From the NCBI GenBank assembly GCA_973895155.1, contig OZ316894.1:20404451-20468450 (forward strand): a stretch of DNA of 64,000 nucleotides. The letters run 5' to 3'. Under the pieces are notes generated by a model that saw only the letters and a program-made list of their open reading frames with translations, was not told the DNA's origin and did not search any database. This DNA comes from Marsupella aquatica. Lineage: Eukaryota > Plantae > Marchantiophyta. Shown piece after piece: positions 1 through 10,210 of this stretch. Made by a program: the position numbers and the translations under genes. The stretch's first letter is position 1, and each line of letters opens with the position of its first letter.

Positions 1-2753
1 ACAGATTACCTGCCCTTGACTGAGTCAACTCTCCATCGGCCTGACTGGGTCCACCGTCGGCGTCGGCATCGGCTCGGGAATCGGTTACGGCCTCAGCCTT
101 GGCTACGGTCTCCCCGGCCTGCTCAAGAGGCGGATTTGGGATACCGGCCTCATTACTGAGTAGTTTGGCTTGGGCCGCACCATCCCCACCTGTGATGATA
201 GCGGGATCTATTGCCGTATTCATGCCGGAGGATGGTGCTGGGTCTACCTCCTTGGTCACCACGGCCTGTGGAGTCGGATTACTCCTTGACCCTGAAGGTT
301 TCCGCTTCTTCTTCTTTTCTGGTTCGGCAGCTGGTCCCTTCCCCTTCCCTCTTACTTCCGGCATTGGTGCAGGTGGCGCGGCTTTTTCTTCGGCAAGTAC
401 CACTCCTGGTAACTTGGTTGTCCCAATTGGAGTTGGGTCTGATGAAGACAAGCACTTAAATACTGCGGCTTGTTTCTTCAGCCGCACTGTTTGGTTATCG
501 GCCCGCCACTGAAGATTCTCCATCTTCCTCATGATTTCCTCCAACTCCTCCTGGGTCTCATCCAGGTCCTTGCGCGCCTCCTCTAGTTCCTTCTGGGCTT
601 CCTCCCGTTCTTTCTTCAAGGTAGCCCTCTCCTCCCGGGTTGCTCTTAGCTCCTTGTCGAGCTCTGCAATGATGACAGACTCCATCTGATTCATCTTGGC
701 GTAAGTCTGATCGAGCATCTCGTCATTCTCCCTTAGGTCGGCCTTGAAGCTGGCCGTCAGGGACGCAAGCTCTTGCTGCAGCGCCATAATCCCTTGATAG
801 GATTTTCCTAACTCGGCCTCCTTTTGCTCAAGGGCTCCGCGGATTTTCTCGAGCTCCCCCTTCAACGCCCATTCCTTTGGGTCTCCGCCATGGCCCGGCT
901 GTTGGCTGTTATGTGGGCCTCCTCTGCATTCCTCAGCTCTCGCTTCCACTTCTCCCTCTCTTTGATCGTATCGGCCAACTCTCCCTGCGTCTGAGTTAGT
1001 TTATCCTTGATATTCTGATTATCAGCCTGCGCGGTGTCCAACTGCCCCTACATGATGTTCAGCTCATGCCGTTTAATCCGTAGTTCATCTTGGGCTTTCT
1101 TGGCCGCCCTTAGATCTTCAATCTCGGCTTCCATCCTCCTAAGCCGCCGAATGACCTCGTCCTTCTTTCTTCTCTCTAAAGCCACCGCTTCTTCTAATTG
1201 GTGCTTCTCCAACTGCTCCCTATGGAAAAAGGGTCCTACCTCCAACTCCTCTCCAAAGATGTCGAGCGCAAGTTCCCCACACATCTCACCATACTCCATG
1301 GCTCTATTCTTAGCGTAGGTGGAGTAAGTAGAAGTGATCGGCATCGCCCATCGCGGCCTCTGCTCCCAAGCCGTCTTGCGGATCTCTTCAATCGTGGCTA
1401 GAGGTTTGCTTCCTTTTTCGGCTAGCCGCCTGATGTCCTCCGGCCAATCTCCTCCTGGTAAATCCTTTTCCCTAGCCAGGGCTGCCTCCTCTTCCTGCCT
1501 GATTCGCTCCTGAAATTCCTGCGCCGTCTGTTTTATGCCGTCAAAGCTCGGGGGAGCAACATCTGGTGGGGGAGACTCAGGGCTACTCTGCTGGTTGGGG
1601 TCCCCTCGTACTACCCTTGGAAGTGTGGGGACAAACTGGCCACAGGTCCTTACTCCTGGAACGTGATGCTCCGACCCATAGCCGGAGTTATCATGGCTGC
1701 AGTCCTCCATTGCCTCCTCTACTTCTTGGACGTCCGGCTTCTCCCTCTCCTCTTCGTCGGTAGGAGCTTCAGGCAATTCTGCCTTAGATTCAGAGCTTGA
1801 GACTCCCACATACATTCGAACACCTGGCTTGGATTCCGGCCTGATTCTCTCCTCGTCTCCAACAAAGGGGTTTTCTCTTGTGAGCCGGTGTAGGCCTACC
1901 TCTGGAGTACTGTCCTGCATTGTTGCCGTTGCCATTGTCGTTGCCGATGCCGATCTCTTTTCTTTCTCCAGTAGTTTCAGCAGACTCTGCATGCCTGGTT
2001 GCTGCATCGGCAAGTCCTCCTTCCTTGGCCTAAACACCTGCTCGATCGTAGGGCTAACAGGTGGTTGAGGCTTCTCTGCTACCGGCCTCGGTTCTGGAGC
2101 TTCCTCGGGTGCCCTTACCTGCAGGGGAAGTACTGGGGCAAAAGTCTGACCTCTGGCATACCGGCACAACAGCGGCATGTGATAGCCAAGCCGCGACACG
2201 CTCCCCATGCCGATTACCTGCTGCTCCTCCTTTAAGATCTTCTTCAATTGGTTGAGGAGGTACCCGTTGTAGTCCCGACTTGGGTCTGGCCTCTCTGCCA
2301 GATAGACCTGTGCCTTGCCGATCTCTGCCCTCGGCAAGTTACAATGCATGGTCACCCGCAAGAAGTCGATCATCTCTCCTATGTGCGGGTTGGTGCAGGT
2401 GTTCCAGAAGAAGCCATTCTTCGTTGATGGCCCGGGGAACGACCGGAACTCTTGTCAGGCAAGGTCTTCCTGGTATCAACTTTGGTCTTATTGCCTATCG
2501 GCAAGCTAAACACTTCGGCAATCACTTTGGGAGTAAGATAGAAATCCTTCCCATATATCCTCGTGCAATTGGTCTCGGGTTCCCATGACCCCACGAATTC
2601 TAATAGGTCTGACTCCGGTACCTCCGGCTTTAGCCATGGTAATCTTACAAAGGCCTCTAAGCCGGATCCGGCCATGAAGCCTTGGTACTTCTTGGTCTGC
2701 ATGGCCGTAAAGCATGCATCCTCCTCCCGTGCAAAATGTAGTTGCACCTCCAC
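1..2753 (-). pseudogene. Long retroelement accessory ORF: plant-transposon-protein/PMD-like N-terminal domain, low-complexity linker, coiled coil
   Basis: ORF 2379-2753 (LLEFVGSW...RIYGKDFYLTPKVIAEVFSLP) joins 1048-2373 by a frameshift near 2450. After a TAG at 1048-1050 the frame continues as a heptad-rich coiled coil (ELDKELRATREERATLKKEREEAQKELEEARKDLDETQEELEE), with no stop seen down to the window edge. Family assignment is from motif recall only. Confidence 0.55.
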
Positions 2754-3514
2754 CGGTAGGGTTGCCGCCCAGCCCTTCCAAGTGTCATCCCTGGTTGGAA
2801 TGGCCTTGATGGGATCGACCTCCTCCTCTTCTTTGGTGCCGCCGACCTTGTTCTTTTTGTCGGGGTGGCTTCATCGTTGACGGCTCCCTTCCTCTTCATC
2901 TCTGCTGCCGTGGAGGTTTCTCCTAGCACCGTTGCCTGGGTCCACCTTTCCGTGCTACCCTTTAATTCCCAGTGTATGTCGTTGCAGTTCTTGATGGCGT
3001 CTCGAATGCCGATGATGCTGTCTTTGCAAAACAGAAGATCGTCGAGTTGATTGGAAGTAGGAGTCCACAAGAACTCGTCCTTGATGAGTTCGCCTCCTAA
3101 GAAAGCCGTCTTCTGCAGCTCCCACAATCGAGCGAACTCCTGCCATTCTCGAGCTGCCCTTTCTGATTCCTCGTCCTCGTAAGTCTTGATGTACTCAGTT
3201 GCCTGTTCGAACAGGCATCCCCAGAAATGTGCCGCTTGATTGATGTTGCTCATACCCTCCTTAGGTCGATCGTCGGTATCTACTCTCTCCCCGAGTGCTT
3301 GCCTAAGCAGCTGACAGTAGTTGGCCTCCCGTAGTCGTCTGCCTAGTTCGTGCTCGCAAATGAGCCACCATCTCCTGCAAGCGCTCCTTACCCCTCTCCT
3401 CTTCCGGTCCTTCCTCCCGTTGATCCTTCCTAGCCGCCGACGCTTAACGTGCCCTAACCCTAATCGAGTTTTCACCCCTAGCGTCCTTACCTCCGGCCTC
3501 GGCCCGGGTTCCAT
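2657..3514 (-). CDS. Hypothetical helical accessory ORF of the nested element
   Basis: 285-aa ORF directly upstream of and overlapping the accessory ORF, with a basic NLS-like tail (KRTRSAAPKKRRR). The true start may be internal (MSNINQ, ~3253). No recognisable domain. Confidence 0.4.
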   Translation of the reverse strand: MEPGPRPEVRTLGVKTRLGLGHVKRRRLGRINGRKDRKRRGVRSACRRWWLICEHELGRRLREANYCQLLRQALGERVDTDDRPKEGMSNINQAAHFWGCLFEQATEYIKTYEDEESERAAREWQEFARLWELQKTAFLGGELIKDEFLWTPTSNQLDDLLFCKDSIIGIRDAIKNCNDIHWELKGSTERWTQATVLGETSTAAEMKRKGAVNDEATPTKRTRSAAPKKRRRSIPSRPFQPGMTLGRAGRQPYRWRCNYILHGRRMHALRPCRPRSTKASWPDPA

Positions 3515-3629
3515 AGTCGCCCCTAATTGTTTATATTTTCCTTGTTTTGTCCCTATACTAAGGTGTTTCTAGGGTGCCTTCCTGTTTTACTCACTTAACT
3601 GGCCGAGTGATTCCTGTCTAGGCATCACA

Positions 3630-4270
3630 TCAAGCAGCTCCTGGAACTCTCCTCTAAACTCTGAGCCCTGGTCAGTGAGACATTTTGCACAAGCTCCAAA
3701 GCGACTGAGAACTTGTTGCAGGAATGCCTGGCTGGTGCTACGGGAGGTCTTATCCGGTAATGCCACAAGTTCTATCCACTTGGAGAAATGCTCTATCATG
3801 ATCATGATGTAGAGATTACCCCGAGATGTGAGGGGTAATTCTCCAGCCAAATCACATGACCAACGATAAAACATGGCCTGAATAGGGAGTGGATGAAGTG
3901 TGGGTTGCCGAGATATGAAAGAAGTCCTTACCCTATCACACTGCTCACACCGGGCAATAACATCTCAAACCTGGCCATGCATGCCTCTCCAATGATAATG
4001 AGGGACCAAGAGGCTGTAAGTCCTCTTAACGCCAAAATGACCAAGCTCAGAATGTACCTTACGGATAAGGCCAACCCTCTCATGAATGGGTGAAACCACC
4101 ACTTCCCTATCTGGCAAGCAGCGCACAAGATGATCTCCCTTCCACAAGTAGCGCTTGGACCTTTGCTGAATTCGGTCTCTCTGGGCAGCAGTAACATGGG
4201 TGGGGTACTCCCCATGCTGCAGAAATCTTAGAGTGTCACTGTCCTCCCATATGTCCACCACAGGTTGGTC
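3630..4270 (-). pseudogene. Integrase (HHCC zinc finger plus start of the DDE core), truncated
   Basis: VHSELGHFG...WRGM, then an in-frame TGA at 3965-3967 followed by DVIARCEQC. Core motifs WSCDLAGELP...EHFSKWIE...RFGAC...LTDQGSEF. Ends before the catalytic Glu. Confidence 0.92.
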
Positions 4271-4379
4271 AACAACGTAGCATGGCAACAAAGCAAGATA
4301 GGTAGATGCATGAAATGTAGGCAGGATGGAAACCTGGTCAAAATCCTGCCGTGCATCTGAGGAATCATCAGAGGCAATC

Positions 4380-5760
4380 AAAGGGCTGCGGGACATAGTG
4401 TCAGCATTTTGATGTGTCACACCAGGCCTATGAATTACCTCAAAATCATACTCCTGGAGTATGAGCGCCCAACGAGCAAGCTTGCCAGTAAGCTTGTCGT
4501 TGGTCATCAACCACTTCAAGGGCTGGTGGTCGGTGTAGAGGACAAACCTGGTCCCATAGAGGTAAGGCCTGTAATGTATGACAGCCCACACAACAACAAG
4601 GCATTCACCCTCATACGAAGAATAATGACTCTGCTTGATTGTTGCTCCTGGATGCATAGGCAATGACGTACTCTTTACCTTCCTCATCATGCTGGCCCAG
4701 AATGGCACCAATCCCAAGGGCACTCCAATCTGTGTGTAGCACAAAGACCTTGCTGAAATCAGGTCTTCTCAACACCGGGTATTCTGAGAGCTTCTCCTTC
4801 AAAGTGGCAAATGCTGCCTCAGCATATGTACTCCATGTCCAAGTCACATTCTTTTTCAACAAAGCATACAATGGGTGTGCAATGGTGCTGAAATCTTTGA
4901 TGTAGATCCGGTAGTAATTGCACAACCCAATAAAACTCCTCAAAGTGTGAACATTAGTAGGAGTGGGCATTTCCAAGATGGATACCACCTTGGCCCAGTG
5001 AGCCATGGTTCCATTTGGAAGAATGCGGTGCCCAAGGTATACTATTGATCTGACAGCAAATTCACACTTCTTGGGGCGTATCTTTAGGTTCACCTTCTTA
5101 AGCCTCATGAATAGCTCCTCAAGGTCAAGTAGATGCTGGTCAAATCCTTTGCTGTGGACGAACACATCATCAATGTAGCATTTCAGAAACTCAGCACCTT
5201 GAAGAACTTGGTCCATGACTCTTTGAAAGAATATGGGCGCATTCTTCAAGCCAAATGGCATCACCAACCACTCCCATAGTTGGTTACTGCCATGGAAAGC
5301 TGTTTTCTTGCGGTCCTTTGCAAGCAGCAAAATCTGGTTAAAGCCTTGCCTTAGATCCACAAGAGTGAAGATGTCTGAGTCTCCAATGCTGTCAAATAGC
5401 TCCTCTGGCCGTGGCATGGGGTACCTATCCTAGGGTGTGACCAAGTTCAGTGGCCTGTAGTCCCCACACATGCGCTTCTCTGTCCACAATCCACTGGAAT
5501 CCTTCTTTGCTGGCATCACTGTAGCTGCTACAAAATCTGATGTAGATGGCTGAATAAGACCAGCTTCATAGAGCTCTTGGCACCTCTCATCCACCAGCTG
5601 CCACTCATGCTTACTCAAACGGTGTCTCCGCCTGAAGATAGGTGTTTCATCAGCCAACTCAATGGAGAACTGCATAGTCTTGCACTTACCCAAGTCCTTC
5701 ATAGAGAAAGCAAACACATTCTCATGCTTGAGGAGCAAATTCAGCAGCTGGTCCTTCTGT
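4380..5760 (-). pseudogene. Reverse transcriptase and RNase H
   Basis: RMCGDYRPLN, DLRQGFNQI, KTAF, MPFGLKNAP, YIDD, KKCEF, YLGH, LRSFIGLCNYYR. RNase H: LHTDWS, YSSYEGECL, YTDHQPL, RWALILQEYDF, NADTMSR. In-frame TAG at 5430-5432; frameshift near 4625. Confidence 0.96.
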
Positions 5761-6129
5761 CTTTTACTCAGGTGGTTGCCCATGATGAATGTGTAGTTGG
5801 CAACACTAAGAATAGGACCTGATGTACTCGTGCTTGAAGAGCCAGAAGTGCCAGCCTCTCCACCCAAGCTGCTAGCATGCTGTTGATAAGGTGATGAGGC
5901 CTCTCCAAGGCCTGCTGTATCTGTTGCTCTGGTCTGATCCACATCATGAAACTCAGAAATAATGTCAGCCACATTACAAGGGACCTCCTCCCCCCCAACA
6001 CTTGGACTGAAGCGATGAGTGTTGAATAGAGGTAAGTGCACCTGGTCTGGATGCCATGTAGCAGCACCATGGAGTGGTAGAGGTGGAACTCCAGATGCTG
6101 GATGAATGTACATTTGAAAAAGGATGCAA

Positions 6130-7080
6130 GTGACCAGAAGCCAAGTGAGAGCATTAAGATCCATTACCCTACCAAGTAAAGCATTCCTGACCAGCCTGGT
6201 GATGTGGGTGTGGCCTATAGTACCGGATTGGAAGCCCATAGCCCGTTCTCTCTCCTCAGGACTAGGTTCATCCCAAGTACCGGTAGAATGTCGATAAACC
6301 AGGCCAGGACCATCACCCTGAAAGGCATGTGCACCTGGAAAGGATACAAATGTAGGCCAAGCAGCATGGGGCTGTCCAATGGTATTGGCTGGATACCAAG
6401 GTGCTGGCTCTTGCCGTGTAACTGGTTGGCAAGAACTGTCAGGATCCAAAATCTGGTCCACTGTGAGGTTAGTGTCCCTGGATGTGTGGTGAAGAGCTAA
6501 CTCCAGCAAGGAAGGTTGTGCAAGGTTAGTCCAAAAGTTCCGAAGACGATGTGCATAAGAACCACAGTGCACTGCATCAATGAGAAGGGGTGGTCCCAAG
6601 TAGTGCTGGACCACACTGAAATCCTCTTTGACCTGTGGACGCTGGTCAAACTGAGATGGAGTATTCTCAATGATATAACCAACAGCAGGATAAAGGGATT
6701 GAGCCCAGGTGAGAATCTGAACCAATGCTGTGAAAAGGCCAGAATGAGAATCATGCAATCCAGCACCGTGACCAGCAGCTGAAAACCCTTGGCATTCCCA
6801 ACCAGTTATGATCAAATCAAGGGAGCCAAGAAGGGTTAAGTGTCGGTGCTGGACAAGCTGGATATCTGGAGGGAAGAAAGAAAATGCAGACTTCCATGCA
6901 CTGTGTGGAAATTGCTGGGGAAATCGCTCTGAAAATTCAGGCAAACGGGATTCAGCCACGTGCCTTGCACCTGGATCAATGTCCACATAGATGTACTGCT
7001 TCACCACCATGCCAGACTGTAGGAGAGCTTCCAAGCCTGTAGAAATGCCACCAAAAAGCTCAAGCAATGTAAGGCCATCC
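6130..7080 (-). CDS. DNMT3-like C5-cytosine DNA methyltransferase domain inside pol
   Basis: In ORF 5430-7682, in canonical order: motif I LLELFGGISTG, II YVDID, III DI, IV DLIITGWECQGFS (catalytic Cys), VI YIIENT, VIII IDA...AHRLRNFWTNL, IX EERERAMGF, X RNALLGRVMD. No stop between this domain and the RT N-terminus. Confidence 0.9.
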
Positions 7081-7410
7081 GAAGGAGGAGTCCATGTAAC
7101 TGATGCGCTCAAGATTGGGGCTATCGGTTGTCCATTGTGCTGCCCAAGGTCCTCAAATTTGCGCAATGCAGCCACCAAAGGTCCATGGGCTGCTTGGAGC
7201 CGTAGTACCACCTCTGGTTGATGATCCACGCTGATAGAAAGTGCTGCTATACGTGTAGCAGCATGTGTAGCAGCCACCTCATCATCATCCTCCTCAATCC
7301 AATCCTGCAATGGGTGGTTGACATAGGTAGCTGTGTGCATTGCTTTCAACACACAGTGGTGAGCCATAGGTGTATGGGCACCATGCAAATCAAGGGGAAT
7401 GTAGCCCAAG

Positions 7411-7800
7411 CTAGTGTGAGCCATCAGTATGCCAATCAACTCTGTAGTATGCATGCTCATGCCAGTTGTCAATGGTAAAACCTGGTGGGAACAAAGCCTC
7501 CTGGCCAATGAGCACATCATACATAGTGGCATTGGTAATAAAACATCTGACTGGGAAATGCAGTTCCTGATCTGTACCTCCATTAAAAGTGAGAGTGAGT
7601 AAAGTAGAACTCTCACCCAACACGTCCTCCACAATGCCACTAGCAGTTCGAATGTGCCACCTGGATTGCTGTAAGTGATCAATCAGCAGTCCCATCTTCT
7701 TGGCAAACTGAATGCCCAATATCACTGGTTGAGCGCCTGTGTCTAGCATGACCACCTGAGGAGTGTGACCCTCCAACTTGACCGCTGAATTCTTGTTGTC
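7411..7800 (-). pseudogene. Retropepsin aspartic protease
   Basis: VMLDTGAQPVILG, flap IRTASG, YDVLIGQEAL in ORF 7411-8208. TAG plus a 1-nt frameshift at ~7411 leads into the methyltransferase frame. Confidence 0.9.
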
Positions 7801-8346
7801 AACAATGGCAATGGTGGTGGAAACTAAAGTCCTGTCACTAGGCACCACTTTTGGCAAATGATGAGGTACCTTGTGAAGGGAGTTAGTGTCCACGGTCTGC
7901 CCACTCAACAGCATAGCCAGGAAAGATGGAGTAGCATGACCAGAATCCAGTGTAGCTTTGGTCACACAATCTGCAGCAATACTGTCATCTCTACCACTGG
8001 AAATTGGTACTGGGATAGCCAAACCAGTGGAAGCATGTAATGGAGAAGAAGAAAGTCCAGTATATACATGAGATTGGACCTCCAAAACCGGTGTCACAGG
8101 GGCTAATGAAGAATGCAGTGAGCCCTCTAGCGCTCTGATGACAGCTCTAGCATCCAACTGTAAATCATGGCAACTGAAAAGTGGAGTTGTAAGAATCCTT
8201 TGTGCCATACCGGAGGTGACATGCTCAAGCAGCTCAGGAGAAACAACTCCCTGTCAAATGTCAGCAGCACCTGGTGGTGGAATGGATGTAGCTGCAGCTC
8301 CCTCCCCCCTCGCCAACAAGGTGCGCTCTTCAGCAAGTGTGAGTGG

Positions 8347-10185
8347 CTAAAAAGATTGGGGCAAGACAGCCCGAGCTCCCCTGGCTCTAGTCATAGGACC
8401 GGCAGCAAGACCATCAGCCTGTACAATGCGGCGTGTGGGAGCAATACGAGAGGCAGCACTAGCTTGCTGGTAAGCAAAATAGGAAGGGCAAAATGAATCT
8501 GAAAATTCTGCTGTAAGGCCAGCCTGTGGAGCAGAGGACAGCACACACTCACCCATATGAGCATCAAATGGCAAGCCATAGAAAGAGCGGGGTAGAGGTG
8601 CTGAACTGTTAGTGGTGCCAGAGCCAGGGATGGGTTGCACGTGACCAGCCGGTTGAGAAGGACCAACAGAGGCAGTTGACTTGCCTTTGATGTTGGCAAG
8701 TTGGGCACGTAGGGACTCAACCTCATGAGTCAGAGACTGGAGTTGAGTTGCCTGTGCATTGTGAGCCTCCTTCTGAGCTGGTGGCTTCTGTGGCTGCTTG
8801 GGCAATTTGTTGGCACTGGTTGCTTTGCCACTGGTTGCTTTGCCACTGGAAGGAGGAGCAACTGATGCAGTAGGAGCCCTCCTAGCTGGTGGGGGAGTGG
8901 AAACAGGAGCAGGATGAGTGGCCTGTTGTCGTAGCTGCTTCCTCTCTGGGAATTTGGCAAAACAAACTGCCTCCAAGTGGCCCATTTTCCCGCAAAAATC
9001 ACAGCAACAATATCACATTCATTAGCCTTGTGATTAGGATTGCCACAGTAGTTGCAAGATGGCAGCATGAAAGCAGCATGTGCTGGTTTGGTCTTGGAAG
9101 CATACTGTGGCACACGGGAAGGGGTGGCCATTGTAGGAGCAGCAGCCTGGTACCTGGATCACGGTGGACGCGCAATACTGGCCTCATAATATGCATGGGC
9201 CAACTCAAGTTTCTCAGTAGTGTCATAGACATTGAGCAGGGTGTAGCTGTCTCCAAACTCTGAGAATACTTGCTGCAATACTTGCAAATGGAGAGCTGGT
9301 GTGCCCTCCAATGCGCGAAGATAGCGATGAGCAGCTTCCAGGTCAGTGATGCTCTGGGTGTCCTCCTTCAGCTTGAGAAGCCGGCGATACATCATCTTCA
9401 AGGTTTCATCGCGCTGCCTCACAAAGGTGGCCAACTGCATGATTTTGTCAGCACTCTTGATGGGGAATTCCAATTCAAGAACCTGGAAAACTCAGCCACT
9501 GGATCAGCAAAGGCAGGGGAATCAATGGTGGGAGAAATGCCTGACGTAGCCTGTGCCAAGATAGTGGGAGTAAATAGCGCAATGGTAGGAACTGGAGTAG
9601 GAGGGGAAGTGGCAGGAGCAGCAGCATGGGCTGCAATGGCATTTTGTAATGCCAATTGTGAGGCAGCTGCAATTGCATTGGCATAGGCAAGGTTAGGCAA
9701 TTGTGTGACAGTAAGCAGCCATTGAGAGTGCTGCTCATACACATCCAAAGCCTCATGGTGCACATACCTGGCTAGCTGCTTAAATGCAAAAGCATTTGTG
9801 AAATTGCTGCCGTACTTCAACTCCAATTCGTAAACGACAGTGTAGAAAGTGGATTTGAACTCATGTAAAGAAACAGTGCCTGGCCGCCCACTAAAGCGCT
9901 CAATGCGGCCAAATGAGTGGATAGCATCCATGTTGTATGTCGGTAAAGCTGGAACAACCACCGATGCAAAAGGGGTAAATGGCAAGGAAGTGATAGCAAG
10001 CTTTGGGTTAGTGGTGAAGCGACCGCCAAATTGAGCAAAAGGATTGCGTGGTGTGCTACCTGCGGACGTCGTCGAAATTGCCGAGACTCCAATGAAATTG
10101 GCACCAATGGTCGTGGATCACTCCGTAAATGGTACCTGGGTGTCGGTGGTGATGTGCTGCTACCTCTTGGCTCGTCAGCTGACAT
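8347..10185 (-). pseudogene. Gag (capsid plus two CCHC zinc knuckles), frameshifted
   Basis: ATG at 10185 just after the PBS. IERFSG...EFKS motif, MHR-like RQRDETLKMMYRRL, knuckles CNYCGNPNHKANEC and CDFCGKMGHLEAVC. Split over ORFs 9817-10185, 9419-9985, 9159-9473, 8730-9131 and 8347-8985. Confidence 0.85.
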
Positions 10186-10193
10186 GCTGCATG

Positions 10194-10209
10194 CTCACCC
10201 GGGGTGCCA
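10194..10209 (-). promoter_or_regulatory. Primer binding site, tRNA-Arg-like
   Basis: Minus strand ...TTTCCCA|T|TGGCACCCCGGGTGAG: TGG start 1 nt after a CA end and immediately before the gag ATG. tRNA identity is from recall of Arg 3' ends (..GGGGUGCCA). Confidence 0.65.
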
Positions 10210-10210
10210 A

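Larger units (their letters stand above)
1..3629 (-). mobile_element. Second element (probably LTR-retrotransposon derived) inserted into the integrase of the methyltransferase-bearing element; other end outside window
   Basis: Integrase homology stops abruptly at ...FQELLD, where the minus strand switches to TGTGATGCCTAGACAGG (TG terminus at 3629). The terminus resembles, but differs from, the LTR start at 12240 (TGTCATGCCGAGGG). The segment is visibly richer in CpG than 3630-10200. Confidence 0.65.

Noticed and set aside
3560-3629. That the TG-starting sequence at 3629 is the 3' LTR of the DNMT element
   Set aside because: It matches the 12240 LTR start only over ~9 nt and then diverges; there is no PPT and the integrase is cut mid-domain.
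6130-7080. Bacterial restriction-modification methylase or contamination
   Set aside because: The domain is in frame with a gypsy RT, has DNMT3-like motifs, has no endonuclease partner, and the window contains intron-bearing plant genes.
99-9686. Numerous plus-strand ORFs over the retroelement region
   Set aside because: Antisense shadows of the minus-strand coding frames, with no independent motifs.
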